From Alphaproteobacteria bacterium (GTDB lineage: Bacteria; Pseudomonadota; Alphaproteobacteria; RF32; CAG-239): a stretch of DNA of 64,000 nt. Shown in pieces: positions 47,496-57,719 of the stretch. The notes under the pieces are model-generated. The model was given only the letters and a program-made list of their open reading frames with translations, was not told where the DNA came from and made no database searches. The DNA lies in the NCBI GenBank assembly GCA_017935485.1, contig JAGBHO010000047.1:99578-163577 (forward strand), in the 5' to 3' direction. Position numbers and translations under genes: made by a program. Positions within the stretch are counted from its first letter, which is position 1; the number at the start of each line of letters is the position of its first letter.

Positions 47496-49235
47496 TCAAT
47501 CAATTTTTGCAATATGTTCCTCTTTTTCCCTTTTGAGCCAGCGACGCGTCATTTTCAGCGCATTTTCAAAGGTTGAGGCTGTTGAAATGTTCTTTACCAG
47601 ATTTTCTTTTTCCAAAGCATCATGCAAAACGCGGCGGGGCTGCGTCTTCATGTTGGAAAGGATAATCTTGGTGTCATACGGCCGCAGACGGCGGACAAAT
47701 TCGATAATCGTATTGGCACCGCTGGCATCTATTACCGGAACATAGCCCATACGCAGAATCAGAACTTTCGGCTTCTTGTCAATTTTTTTCAAAAAGCTCG
47801 AAACCTGCGAAGCACCGCCAAAAAATAACGGACCGGACAAGCGCAGCGACATAACGCCCTGTTCATGCAAGACCTGTGTCAGGTCACGGCCGCCGCCGAT
47901 GTCTTCGAGTACCGTATCGTCATTGGCAATTTCAATTTCCTTGCTCATTCTGTGCATGAATATAATGCTTGCCATGATAAAACCAACACTGATGGCCGTA
48001 TTTAAATCAACCAATATGGTTAAAAACAGCGTTACCAGCAAAGTATATCTGTCTCCTTTCGGGCCGGTAACAAGTTTGAACATCTTATCAAGATTCAGCA
48101 TGTTCCAGCCGATAATAACCAAAACCGCAGATAAGCAAGCTAACGGAATAAACTTTGCAATCGGCGACAACAGCAGCATAAACAGCAGCAAAAAGACGCT
48201 TTGCATCATTCCGGCAACCGGAGAATAGGCTTTGGCCTTAAAATTGGTGGCGGTACGGGCAATAGCCCCCGTTGCCGGCACGCCCATGAAGAAAGCAGAG
48301 GCAATGTTGGCAATCCCCTCGCCGATCAATTCGGCATTGGAATTGTGATTGTCACCGCTCATACCGTCAACGACAGTTGCGCTCAGCAGAGATTCGACAC
48401 CGGCCAGAAAGGCAATGGTAAAAGCGCTCGGCATGACTTTCAGAGCCAAATCAATATTAAATTCAGGAACAGACGGAGCCGGAAGAAAATGCGGCACGCC
48501 GCCGAATTTGCTGCCGATGGTATCGACGTTCAGGCCGAAAATACTGAAAATAATAACCAAGACGGTTGCTCCGACGACGCTGACCAGATAGGCCGGAAGC
48601 TTGATTTTCTTTATCTGGATATAAAAGATGCAGCCCAGCGACAGCACGGCAATAATGACCGACCCCCAGCTGAATTTGTTTAAGTTGGCCAGATACATTT
48701 TCCATTTGGGCAGAAATTCGGCCGGAACATTTTCAATTTCCAGTCCCAGCAGGTCTTTTATCTGAGTGGAAATCAGCAGCAGGCCGATACCGGCGGTAAA
48801 GCCGAGGACAACCGGATAAGGAATATACTTAATATATGTTCCGAAGCGCAGCAATCCAGCCAGCATCAGGATTAAACCGGCCAGAACCATCGTAACCGCC
48901 AGCCCGGCATAGCCAAACTGTGCCATAACGTTAAAAATCACCACAACAAAAGCACCGGTCGGCCCGCCGATCTGATAACGGCTGCCGCCGAGAAAGGCAA
49001 TAAAAAATCCGGCAATAATCGCCGTATAAAGCCCTTGTGCCGGTTCAACGCCCGAAGCAATGGCCAAAGCCAGAGACAACGGAATGGAAATAACGGCGAC
49101 CGTCATACCGGCGACGGCATCGCGTCTGAAATATTCTTTATTATATCCGTGTTTTAAAACTTCGTATAATTTCGGGGCAAAATTCTTTTCATATGCCCGC
49201 AACATCTTTTTAAGATAAGCCAACATCTTTACCAT
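47496..49235 (-). CDS. SulP-family anion transporter with a C-terminal STAS domain
   Basis: N-terminal signature DAVAGMTVAVISIPLSLALAIASG, a polytopic core, and a STAS-like tail (VLILRMGYVPVIDASGANTI). Confidence 0.85.
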   Translation of the reverse strand: MVKMLAYLKKMLRAYEKNFAPKLYEVLKHGYNKEYFRRDAVAGMTVAVISIPLSLALAIASGVEPAQGLYTAIIAGFFIAFLGGSRYQIGGPTGAFVVVIFNVMAQFGYAGLAVTMVLAGLILMLAGLLRFGTYIKYIPYPVVLGFTAGIGLLLISTQIKDLLGLEIENVPAEFLPKWKMYLANLNKFSWGSVIIAVLSLGCIFYIQIKKIKLPAYLVSVVGATVLVIIFSIFGLNVDTIGSKFGGVPHFLPAPSVPEFNIDLALKVMPSAFTIAFLAGVESLLSATVVDGMSGDNHNSNAELIGEGIANIASAFFMGVPATGAIARTATNFKAKAYSPVAGMMQSVFLLLFMLLLSPIAKFIPLACLSAVLVIIGWNMLNLDKMFKLVTGPKGDRYTLLVTLFLTILVDLNTAISVGFIMASIIFMHRMSKEIEIANDDTVLEDIGGGRDLTQVLHEQGVMSLRLSGPLFFGGASQVSSFLKKIDKKPKVLILRMGYVPVIDASGANTIIEFVRRLRPYDTKIILSNMKTQPRRVLHDALEKENLVKNISTASTFENALKMTRRWLKREKEEHIAKID

Positions 49236-49406
49236 CTTCCTGAATTTATATTTATCTGATTGTTTTGCGGGTTATAGCAATACTACTTTGGCCGGCAGAG
49301 TCAAGGATTTTAGAAAGATTTTGATTAAAATTTTTTATGATTGCCAATGTTATTTTATTATGTTAGCTTGCAGGCAGTTTGAACCTTGTCCGGGTATGTG
49401 AATATT

Positions 49407-50771
49407 ATGACTGCAAAACATGAACTTATGAAGAAAATCAGAGAAATTTTCCGGTTGTCGCTGCCGATTACCATTTCTTTTCTGGCAATGGGAATTATGG
49501 GAATTGTCGATACGATTATCGTCGGCCATTACAATACCGACCAGCTGGCTTACATCGGGCTGGCAAATGCCGTGTTTTCTGTCTTGTTCACCATTCCCAT
49601 AGGCTTGTTGCACGGGATTTTGATCAAATCATCCCAAAAGTTCGGGGCGCGCAAATTTGCTTCCTGCGGCAAGATTTATTATGAAGGCCGGCGTTATCTG
49701 GTTATTCTGGCAATTTTATTTACCATTATCGGATTAAACGGCCACGGTTTGTTTTCTTTGCTCAGACAAAGTGACGTGATGATTGACAACGCCAGTCCGG
49801 TCTTGTCAATTTTTGCCTGGTCTATTCCGTTTATCCTGCTGTTTGTGAACGGAAATTTCTTTTTGCAGTCCATCAGACGCCCGCATATTGCCATGTATGC
49901 CGGCATTATTGCAAATATTATGAACATTATCATTAATCCGGTGCTGGTGTACGGAAAGTTCGGCTTTCCGGAACTCGGGGCGCAGGGGTCGGCGACATCG
50001 ACGCTGATTGTGCGGATTTTTCTGGCATTGTTTATTTTGCTTTATATTCGCAAGATGAAACAAAATCCGAAACTGAACAAGCGTTTCGGGCTTGACCGCA
50101 AATATGACACCTGGTGGACAGACAGCAAAACGACAAGAAAGATCGGTTACGGCGTGGCAATTACAACTGTGGCGACCAACGGTTCTTATTCTATTGTCAG
50201 CAATTTTGCCGGATGGCTGGGCGAACTGCCGATGGCCGCGTTTGTGATTATTACAAACCTGAGCATGATTACTTTTATGGTTTGTTTTTCCGTGGCGCAG
50301 GCAACATCAATCGTGGCGGCAAACGCTTTTGGGCGGAAAGACGCCAAGGCTTTTGTGTTGTCCGTCAAAGGCGGTTTTGTCATTTTATTTCTGGCCATTG
50401 TTTTTCTTGATTTCCTGCTCTATTTTCTGCAAACGCCGATATTCGGCGGGTTTACCGGTGATCCGGCAGTATTGGGCATATTGAAGACGCTGATTTTGTT
50501 CCTGATGCTTGAAGTGGTTATGGACTCTCTGCCTCTGGGAGTTATGGGACCGTTGAACGGACGCGGGGATATTAAGATTCCGACAACCTTTCAGATTGTT
50601 TCTTTTTTAATTGTCAGAATCAGCGCCTGTTATTTGCTGGCTTTCAAATTGGATTTGGGTCTGAGAGGGCTGATTTTGGGTTTGTGTGCCGGCGGTCTGG
50701 TTTCTTTATTATTAAACGGCAGCCGCCTGCTCTGGCTGATACGAAAAGACAAAAACATGCAGAAAGCATAA
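49407..50771 (+). CDS. MATE-family efflux transporter
   Basis: 12-TM protein with a typical MATE N-terminus (IFRLSLPITISFLAMGIMGIVDTIIVGH). Start at ATG 49407. Confidence 0.85.
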   Translation: MTAKHELMKKIREIFRLSLPITISFLAMGIMGIVDTIIVGHYNTDQLAYIGLANAVFSVLFTIPIGLLHGILIKSSQKFGARKFASCGKIYYEGRRYLVILAILFTIIGLNGHGLFSLLRQSDVMIDNASPVLSIFAWSIPFILLFVNGNFFLQSIRRPHIAMYAGIIANIMNIIINPVLVYGKFGFPELGAQGSATSTLIVRIFLALFILLYIRKMKQNPKLNKRFGLDRKYDTWWTDSKTTRKIGYGVAITTVATNGSYSIVSNFAGWLGELPMAAFVIITNLSMITFMVCFSVAQATSIVAANAFGRKDAKAFVLSVKGGFVILFLAIVFLDFLLYFLQTPIFGGFTGDPAVLGILKTLILFLMLEVVMDSLPLGVMGPLNGRGDIKIPTTFQIVSFLIVRISACYLLAFKLDLGLRGLILGLCAGGLVSLLLNGSRLLWLIRKDKNMQKA

Positions 50772-50779
50772 TAAAAAAA

Positions 50780-50813
50780 CGGAAACCTGAAAAAATATCG
50801 GGTTTCTTTTTTG
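50780..50813 (+). terminator. rho-independent terminator after the MATE gene
   Basis: Stem GAAACC / GGTTTC with a 13-nt loop, followed by T6. Confidence 0.5.
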
Positions 50814-50913
50814 CCTTTTTTATTTATTATACTTTTCTAATTAGCCAAAATCCCCACCCAACTTTTCATTATATATTGACTCTTCTGTTTTCTTGTGGTA
50901 TAGTAATAACAAT

Positions 50914-50942
50914 GTCATTGCCGGACTTCGATCCGGCAATCC
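50914..50942 (+). repeat. isolated copy of the palindromic element
   Basis: GTCATTGCCGGACTTCGATCCGGCAATCC is the exact 29-nt reverse complement of 4416-4444. Confidence 0.85.
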
Positions 50943-51093
50943 ATAAAGAAACAGGCAATGACCGGTACGAAAAGAATTTTTATTAACCATTCTGGGCACG
51001 CTATGTGTCATAGAAAAGAAAGAACAACGTGGCAGCTTTGGCACGGCGTTGACAGTCGACCGGGTAAAGCACGTTTGCTTTGGGAGGAAGCCG

Positions 51094-52308
51094 ATGAAAA
51101 ACATTAACAGAAATATGCTACACATGAAACTAAACTCTGCGGTATCAGTCTTTGCTGTTGCCGCCGCTTTCTCGGTGCTCCTCCCGCCTTCTAACGCTCT
51201 TGCAGGTGTCTGCTTCCTGCCCGACTGTGCTGAAAGCGGCATTTTAGAGGGTACTCCCGAGATGGACATCAACTCGGATTCCAAATTTTGTGAAGATAGT
51301 GGCTATATCTACTATGCTTCCGGAAAGTGCCCACAGTACTATGCCGTCGTCGGTACATGTAACCGAGACGACCATTATCTTAAATGTGATGCCAAAACCT
51401 GGTGTAAACAAAACGGATATAACACGACTTCTTGTTCCATTCCGCAATATGTAAACGAAGTCTGTCCGAGTTACGGTTCTTTGTATAAAGGCTGTAAAAC
51501 CGATAATGACCGCGCATGTAAGGAAACCGGATATACCAAGACTTGTCCGTCCGGTCAGAAACTTAAAAAAAACTCCGGCCGCTGTTCTTATGATAATTCT
51601 TACGGGACTTGCTGTACCCCGTCCGGATGTCCGGCTTATACTTCGCTGTCTTCTTCATCCTATGGAACAAACGGTACCGACGGCTGTGAATATTCCTGTT
51701 ATTACACCTGCAACATGAACTGCCCGTCAGGCACGTCAACGTCAAACCCCGGAGGTTGTGGCGGCTCAACCCGTAACGGATGTAATACAAAGACTTGTTA
51801 TTATCCTTATGTCAGCTGTTGTTCGGAAACCTGCCCGTCTTCTCATCCGTACAGCAATTGTGATTACGGTTATACCAGTGTGACTGAAAATGAGTGCGGC
51901 ACGAAAAAATGTTATGCCTGCCGCCCCGAACCTGAGCCCGTTGTAAAAAAATACTGCTCCGGAAATATGATGTATGAAGACTATAACTATGGCGGAAGTT
52001 TTATTGGCGTAATCGTGGACGGATTAATCGTCAGAAAGGATGTCAGATATCTTGCTCTCGGGACGTGTAAATCAAGCTGCTATAACTCAACCGTAGGAAA
52101 CAGATCTTGGCGAATTCCCAACTATTCAGAGTTGAAAAAAATGAGCTGCGCAATTTCGGCATTGGGAGGAGCGATAGACGATACTTATTGGTATACAGCA
52201 GCCAGTATTACCGGAATGTGGCTCTTTTCAGATTATTCAATAAGTGACCCTGAAAATCCAATGTATAAAGATCAGTCAAATTATTGTGCTTGTGTGGCTG
52301 ATGTATAA
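51094..52308 (+). CDS. secreted cysteine-rich protein with a DUF1566-like C-terminal region
   Basis: ATG 51094 follows GGGAGGAAG. Signal peptide (AVSVFAVAAAFSVLLPPSNALA). About 36 Cys by hand count, with a recurring C-x3-GY motif (FCEDSGY, WCKQNGY, ACKETGY). The C-terminus (WRIPNYSELKKM...TYWYTAAS...YCACVADV) resembles the remembered DUF1566/Lcl C-terminal pattern. Confidence 0.7.
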   Translation: MKNINRNMLHMKLNSAVSVFAVAAAFSVLLPPSNALAGVCFLPDCAESGILEGTPEMDINSDSKFCEDSGYIYYASGKCPQYYAVVGTCNRDDHYLKCDAKTWCKQNGYNTTSCSIPQYVNEVCPSYGSLYKGCKTDNDRACKETGYTKTCPSGQKLKKNSGRCSYDNSYGTCCTPSGCPAYTSLSSSSYGTNGTDGCEYSCYYTCNMNCPSGTSTSNPGGCGGSTRNGCNTKTCYYPYVSCCSETCPSSHPYSNCDYGYTSVTENECGTKKCYACRPEPEPVVKKYCSGNMMYEDYNYGGSFIGVIVDGLIVRKDVRYLALGTCKSSCYNSTVGNRSWRIPNYSELKKMSCAISALGGAIDDTYWYTAASITGMWLFSDYSISDPENPMYKDQSNYCACVADV

Positions 52309-52313
52309 AAATA

Positions 52314-52345
52314 AACCCCGTCACAAAGACGGGGTTATGTTTTTA
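52314..52345. terminator. bidirectional terminator between convergent genes
   Basis: Perfect stem AACCCCGTC / GACGGGGTT with T-rich tracts on both strands. Confidence 0.7.
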
Positions 52346-54001
52346 GATCAACCGGCTTTTATCAATGGCGGCTTTTACGAATGACACAAACAGCGGCGCC
52401 GGCGCAAAAGGTTTGGATTTTAATTCCGGGTGGAACTGTACGCCGATAAACCACGGGTGGTTCGGAATCTCCACAATTTCAGGGAGTTTGCCGTCAGGGG
52501 ATTTTCCGGAAATAATCATTCCGGCCTGATTCAGCTGGTTTTCATATTTCATATTGACTTCATAACGGTGACGGTGGCGTTCGGAAATCTTTGTGCTTCC
52601 GTAAACCTTGCTGACCAGACTGTCCGGAGCCAAAGCGCATTCATAAGCACCCAGCCGCATGGTTCCGCCCAAGTCGCCGTCTTTATGGCGGATTTGTTTG
52701 GCTCCGTCTTTATCCCATTCGGTCATCAGTCCGACAACGGCTTCGCAATCTTGTCCGAATTCGGTTGTACCGGCATTGGTTACACCGCAGACGTTGCGCA
52801 TAGTTTCAATAACAGCCATTTGCATACCGAAGCAAATTCCCAAAAACGGAATTTTATTTTCACGAGCGTAACGAATAGCTTTGATTTTGCCGTCCGTACC
52901 GCGGCAACCGAAGCCGCCCGGAACCAGAATGCCGCTGACATCGCCGAGTTGTTCGGCAACATCTTCACTTTCCAGGGCTTCAGAATCAATCCATTTGATT
53001 TTGACCTTATGTTTATTGGCTATGCCGCCGTGTGTCAGTGCCTCGCCCAGAGATTTGTAGGTATCGAGCATTTGGGTATATTTGCCGACAACCGCAATAT
53101 TGACCTCCCCTTCGGGATGAGTGATCGTTTCCACGATATGTTCCCATTTGCTTAAATCCGCCGGTTTGCTGTCTATGCCAAAGTATTTGCAGACCTGAGC
53201 GTCCATGCCTTCATGAGAATAAGCCAGAGGAACGGCATAGATACTTTTGGCATCGAGCGCGGCAATGACGTTTTCTTCTTTGATATTGCAGAACATGGCA
53301 ATTTTGCGTTTTTCGTTCTGCGGGATTTCTATCTGCGAGCGGCAGAGCAGCATATCAGGCTGAATTCCGTATTCCTGCAATTGTTTGACCGAGTGCTGGG
53401 TCGGTTTGGTTTTCAGTTCGCCGGAAGCATTAATAAACGGCAGCAGCGTGACATGGATAAACATAACGCGGTCACGCCCCAAATCATAAGAAGTCTGGCG
53501 GATGGCTTCCAGAAACGGCTGACCTTCAATATCGCCGACCGTACCGCCGATTTCGCACAACACAAAATCTTCATCATGAATGTCTGATTTGATAAATTCT
53601 TTAATCTCATTTGTCACATGCGGAATAACCTGAATAGTGGCGCCGAGGTAATCGCCATGGCGTTCTTTATCCAAAACCCGTTGATAGATTTTGCCGGAAG
53701 TGACGCTGTCTGTTTTGTGGCAGGATATGCCGGCAAAGCGTTCGTAGTGTCCCAAATCCAAATCGGTTTCCGCGCCGTCATCGGTCACAAAAACTTCACC
53801 GTGCTGGTACGGGCTCATTGTTCCGGGATCTACGTTCAGATAAGGATCAAGCTTGCGCATTCTGACTTTAAAGCCGCGCGCCTGCAGCGTGGCCGCCAGA
53901 GAAGCCGAGGCCAGACCTTTTCCCAGAGAGGAAACCACGCCGCCGGTAATGAAGATAAATTTTGTTTTCGGATTTAGATTTGCTTGGGTGTTATCAGACA
54001 T
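52343..54001 (-). CDS. pyrG: CTP synthase
   Basis: [17 protein letters not shown]-terminus, and a glutamine amidotransferase domain with GICFGMQ and HRHRYE. Confidence 0.95.
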   Translation of the reverse strand: MSDNTQANLNPKTKFIFITGGVVSSLGKGLASASLAATLQARGFKVRMRKLDPYLNVDPGTMSPYQHGEVFVTDDGAETDLDLGHYERFAGISCHKTDSVTSGKIYQRVLDKERHGDYLGATIQVIPHVTNEIKEFIKSDIHDEDFVLCEIGGTVGDIEGQPFLEAIRQTSYDLGRDRVMFIHVTLLPFINASGELKTKPTQHSVKQLQEYGIQPDMLLCRSQIEIPQNEKRKIAMFCNIKEENVIAALDAKSIYAVPLAYSHEGMDAQVCKYFGIDSKPADLSKWEHIVETITHPEGEVNIAVVGKYTQMLDTYKSLGEALTHGGIANKHKVKIKWIDSEALESEDVAEQLGDVSGILVPGGFGCRGTDGKIKAIRYARENKIPFLGICFGMQMAVIETMRNVCGVTNAGTTEFGQDCEAVVGLMTEWDKDGAKQIRHKDGDLGGTMRLGAYECALAPDSLVSKVYGSTKISERHRHRYEVNMKYENQLNQAGMIISGKSPDGKLPEIVEIPNHPWFIGVQFHPELKSKPFAPAPLFVSFVKAAIDKSRLI

Positions 54002-54094
54002 TTTTCTTCCTTATTTGAACATATTAACTTGTGCTTTTTAAAGTGACAAAGGCGCTGTCGGAACAAGCGCCTTATTTTTATTGTCTTTTTTCAT

Positions 54095-54427
54095 TTACTT
54101 ACCTGCAGCCGGAACTTCAGGAGCCTTATCAGCTTCTGTTGCCTGTACCGGAACAGTCTGCTCAATCGAATCGATCAGCGATTTTTTGGGCGCGCTGTGC
54201 CCTTTATAATAAAGTGACAGCGAAATGCTGGTGATAATGAAAATCGTGGCCAGAATTGCGGTCAGACGAGTCAAAAAGTTTCCGGTCCCGCGGGCGCTCA
54301 AAAAGCTGCTGGCGCCGGAACTGCCGCCGAGGCCGTCCAAAGCACCGCCTTCAGAACGCTGCAACAAGATAATGGCAACCAGAAAGATTGCGACCAACAA
54401 ATGGATTACGAGTAAAATTGTTCCCAT
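54095..54427 (-). CDS. secG: preprotein translocase subunit SecG
   Basis: 110 aa with two TM helices flanking the LLQRSEGGAL...GGSS motif. Confidence 0.85.
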   Translation of the reverse strand: MGTILLVIHLLVAIFLVAIILLQRSEGGALDGLGGSSGASSFLSARGTGNFLTRLTAILATIFIITSISLSLYYKGHSAPKKSLIDSIEQTVPVQATEADKAPEVPAAGK

Positions 54428-54442
54428 GTTTCTTCCTTTCCG

Positions 54443-55207
54443 TTAGCAGCAGCCGGCGTTTTTGGCAATAGAGATAAAATCTTCAACCTTCAGGCTGGCA
54501 CCGCCGATAAGCGCGCCGTCGACATCGGGTAAAGACAGAAATTCTTTGGCATTGGCGGGTTTGACCGAACCGCCGTACAAAATGCGCATTTTGTTGGCAT
54601 TGCCCTTGCCGAGCTTTTTGGCCAAGACTTTGCGTACGGCAGCATGAACTTCCTCAACATCCTGAGCCGTCGGGGTTTTGCCCGTTCCGATAGCCCAGAC
54701 AGGTTCATAAGCGATGACGGTATTGGAGGCATCGGCATTGTCAGGAACGGAGCCAAGAATCTGAGAAGAGCAAACGTCAATGGTTTTGCCCGAATCGCGC
54801 TGTTCCAAGGTTTCGCCGATGCAGATAACGGCTTTCAGCCCGGCTTCATAAGCTGCAACGGCTTTTTTGTTAATCAGTTCGTTGCTTTCATTATGGTCGG
54901 CACGTCTCTCGGAATGGCCGAGAATCACATACTGGCAGCCGGTATCTTTGAGCATGGCCGGGCTGATATCACCGGTATGCGCGCCCTTAACGTTGAAGTG
55001 GGCGTCTTGCGCACCGAGAGCAACCTTGGCGCCGCGCAGGGCTTTTTTAACGGTTGTCAGCAGCGTAAACGGCGGACAGACCAAAAATTCGCAGGAAGGT
55101 TTGCCCATTTTTTTAACTTCGGCGGCAATTCCTTTCGCCAATTCAGTACCTTCGGCCAGCAGGCAGTTCATTTTCCAGTTGCCGGCAATCATTTTTTTTC
55201 TTGCCAT
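54443..55207 (-). CDS. tpiA: triose-phosphate isomerase
   Basis: AGNWKMN, ILGHSERR, AYEPVWAIGTG, GGASL. Confidence 0.92.
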   Translation of the reverse strand: MARKKMIAGNWKMNCLLAEGTELAKGIAAEVKKMGKPSCEFLVCPPFTLLTTVKKALRGAKVALGAQDAHFNVKGAHTGDISPAMLKDTGCQYVILGHSERRADHNESNELINKKAVAAYEAGLKAVICIGETLEQRDSGKTIDVCSSQILGSVPDNADASNTVIAYEPVWAIGTGKTPTAQDVEEVHAAVRKVLAKKLGKGNANKMRILYGGSVKPANAKEFLSLPDVDGALIGGASLKVEDFISIAKNAGCC

Positions 55208-55387
55208 AATTTATTTTCCTCTTCAAATTTTATTAAAAATTTTTAATTTGCTTTCCTTTTAACACAGCAAATTATATTTTTCCAGTAGAAAAAACTTTTC
55301 AACACTAATATTTATACGATTGCATATATTATTAAAATTGCATTATAATTGCGCCAGCTTAATTAATATATAATAAGGTCAGAAAAA

Positions 55388-57268
55388 ATGATTGGAAAAA
55401 TTAGAAGTATTCAGGACTCCTGGGTGATGAAGCTGATTTTGATTCTTACGGCCCTGAGTTTTATGTCCCTCTTCGGCGTCTCCGGCTATTATGCCACTGC
55501 TGCCAACAACAAGCCGGTGATTAAGGTAGACGATATTGAAATTACCCAAAGCCAGATTATGAACGAGCTGAACAACGAACTTCAAAAAGCCAAGTCTTTG
55601 TTCGGCGAGAATCTGGACGTGAACGAAGATATCCGCAATGCCCTGCTGCAGGGACTTGTTCAAAAAGAGCTTTCCAATGCCATTTTGCAAAAAACGGCTC
55701 AGGACAACAATGTTTATATCAGCGACGAGCTGATTAAGAAAATTATTTCTTCCCAGCCTGAGTTTATGGACGAGAACGGAAAATTCAGCGTTCAGCGGAT
55801 GCGCCGGATTCTGGCCTCGGTCGGAATGAGCGAGCAGGAATATATTCAGTCGCTGCGCCGTGATATTGAAAAAATCCACCTTGTTTACAATATGGTAGAC
55901 GGCGTTACCGTGCCCGAGTTTATGGCTGATTATCAATACAAGCTCGATAATCAGAAAAAGGTTTTCAAATTTATCAATATTGATCCGGAACAAATGAAAA
56001 TCGACCGTAAAATTTCACAGGATGAAATTGAGCAATATTACAACGATTTTGCCGCCCAGTTTATTGAACCGGAGAATCGGGACGTTTCTTTTATCAGCAT
56101 TTCCAGTGCCGATGCTGCCGGAAAGGTTTTGATTTCCGATGAAGACGTCAAAGCTTATTATGACGAAAACATCAAGCAGTTTGAAGTTCCGGAAAGCAGA
56201 AACATTCTGCAAATGGTCTTTTCAAACAAAGATGACGCAGACAAAGCTTATGCCCAATTGAAAAACGGTGCGGATTTTTATGCCGTTGCCAAGAAAGAGG
56301 CTAATCAGGACAAAGCCGCCACGGAGCTTGGTTTTGTGGAAAAAGACATGCTTATCGGCAATATGGGCGACGTGATGTTCAGCCTGAAAAAAGGCGAGAT
56401 TTCCGAACCGGAAGAATCCGAATACGGATGGCATATTATGAAAGTGACTGACATCCGCCCGATGCAGAAGACATCTTGGGAAAAAGCCAAGGCTAAAATT
56501 GTCGAGGTTTTGCGCCGCGAGCAGTCTGACGAAGCTGCCGGCGACCTGATTGCCAAAATTGAAGACGAAGCCGGCGCCGGAAAATCTTTGGCCGAAATAG
56601 CAAAAGGCCTGAACGTACCGCTCTTGAAAGTTGAGGGTTTGCAGGAAGACGGCAAGGCCGAATCAATGCCGAAAAGTTTTGAGAAGCTTGTGGCTTCGCC
56701 TGATTTTATCGACGCGGCATTTTCTTATAATCAGGATGAAACCAGCCAGGCGGTTGAGACTGATGACGGCTTTGTTTTTGTTAATGTAGACAAGGTTACG
56801 GAACCGCGCCAGAAAGCCATGGACGAAGTTGTGCCCGAGATTGAAAAGATTTGGGCAGGCAACGAAAAGAATGCCATTGCGCAGGAAGTTGTCAATGATG
56901 TGCTTCATGACGTGGAAAACGGCGACAAGATTGAAGACGTGGCCAGACGTTTCGGACTGAAGCTTCAGACGACGGCTCCGTTAAAGAAATCTGACACTTT
57001 TGACGGTTTCTCCGCCCTGCAAATGCAGGAACTGTTCAGAGAGAATATCGGAACGCCGAAAGTCATCGGCGATGACATGCGTCAGGTGATTGTGGTACCG
57101 GCAAAGGTTATTAACAGTTCGGACAAGCTGACAGAAAGCGAGAAAAAAGACATTTTGCGCAAGGCACAATTTGAAACCTCGCAGGAAATGGCTCAGCAGC
57201 TGATTAATGATTACGGTACAAATTACCGGATAAAGATTAAATATAAGGCCATCGGCATTATAGACTAA
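55388..57268 (+). CDS. ppiD: PpiD-like periplasmic chaperone / peptidylprolyl isomerase (SurA N-terminal domain plus parvulin domain)
   Basis: N-terminal TM anchor, SurA_N-like region, and a parvulin-like segment (ELGFVEKDMLIGNMGDVMFSLKKGEISEPEESEYGWHIMKV). 626 aa. Confidence 0.78.
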   Translation: MIGKIRSIQDSWVMKLILILTALSFMSLFGVSGYYATAANNKPVIKVDDIEITQSQIMNELNNELQKAKSLFGENLDVNEDIRNALLQGLVQKELSNAILQKTAQDNNVYISDELIKKIISSQPEFMDENGKFSVQRMRRILASVGMSEQEYIQSLRRDIEKIHLVYNMVDGVTVPEFMADYQYKLDNQKKVFKFINIDPEQMKIDRKISQDEIEQYYNDFAAQFIEPENRDVSFISISSADAAGKVLISDEDVKAYYDENIKQFEVPESRNILQMVFSNKDDADKAYAQLKNGADFYAVAKKEANQDKAATELGFVEKDMLIGNMGDVMFSLKKGEISEPEESEYGWHIMKVTDIRPMQKTSWEKAKAKIVEVLRREQSDEAAGDLIAKIEDEAGAGKSLAEIAKGLNVPLLKVEGLQEDGKAESMPKSFEKLVASPDFIDAAFSYNQDETSQAVETDDGFVFVNVDKVTEPRQKAMDEVVPEIEKIWAGNEKNAIAQEVVNDVLHDVENGDKIEDVARRFGLKLQTTAPLKKSDTFDGFSALQMQELFRENIGTPKVIGDDMRQVIVVPAKVINSSDKLTESEKKDILRKAQFETSQEMAQQLINDYGTNYRIKIKYKAIGIID

Positions 57269-57276
57269 CTCCGGAT

Positions 57277-57308
57277 AAAGCCCTGCTCCGTGCGGGGCTT
57301 TATTTTTT
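57277..57308 (+). terminator. rho-independent terminator after ppiD
   Basis: Stem AAAGCCC / GGGCTTT followed by T6. Confidence 0.7.
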
Positions 57309-57365
57309 GCAAAAAAGGCTTGCCAAATAAAATTATTTGGTTATGGTATTGATGTTTGATTGAAT

Positions 57366-57442
57366 CGGGGTATGGCTCAGCCTGGTAGAGCGCTTGCTTT
57401 GGGAGCAAGATGTCGTGGGTTCGAATCCCGCTGCCCCGACCA
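57366..57442 (+). tRNA. tRNA-Pro (anticodon UGG)
   Basis: Hand-folded. Acceptor CGGGGTA/TGCCCCG, D arm GCTC-AGCCTGGTA-GAGC, anticodon arm CTTGC-TTTGGGA-GCAAG, T arm GTGGG-TTCGAAT-CCCGC, encoded CCA. Confidence 0.95.
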
Positions 57443-57444
57443 CT

Positions 57445-57476
57445 AAAAAAGGGTGCACGAAGTGTGCCCTTTTTTG
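57445..57476 (+). terminator. rho-independent terminator after tRNA-Pro
   Basis: 8-bp stem GGGTGCAC / GTGTGCCC (two G:U pairs) with a GAA loop, followed by T6. Confidence 0.6.
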
Positions 57477-57599
57477 TGGCTTCGGGAAGCTGATGAGAAA
57501 CCACGAGAAAGTGGGTTCGACTACCAGCGAAAGGCGGATGAAAAGACGCCGGTGAACGAAGCGAATGAGCGCCTGTGCAACTCAAGCGGAGCGCAGAGT

Positions 57600-57618
57600 A
57601 ATCCCGCTGCCCCGACCA
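57600..57618 (+). repeat. 19-nt direct repeat of the tRNA-Pro 3' end (att-like)
   Basis: AATCCCGCTGCCCCGACCA at 57600-57618 is identical to 57424-57442. A second partial T-arm copy, GTGGGTTCGA, lies at 57511-57520. Confidence 0.8.
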
Positions 57619-57719
57619 GCCGCGCGGCGGCAGCGTTCAGTTTGGTTTGCGCCGCAGAAAATCCGACATTTATATAATCTTTTTTTTAGTTCATTTCAGA
57701 AAGCTGTTCAGGCGGACTG

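Noticed and set aside
52100-52308. Second DGR variable repeat in the DUF1566-like C-terminus of the cysteine-rich protein
   Set aside because: I found no nucleotide similarity to the TR (58427-58538) and no conserved GC-rich IMH-like end. The resemblance is only at the protein-motif level.
54040-54094. Hairpin AAGGCGC...GCGCCTT between pyrG and secG as a secG terminator
   Set aside because: The T-run lies on the plus strand, where no gene ends, and the minus-strand context is weak. secG-pyrG read-through is equally plausible.
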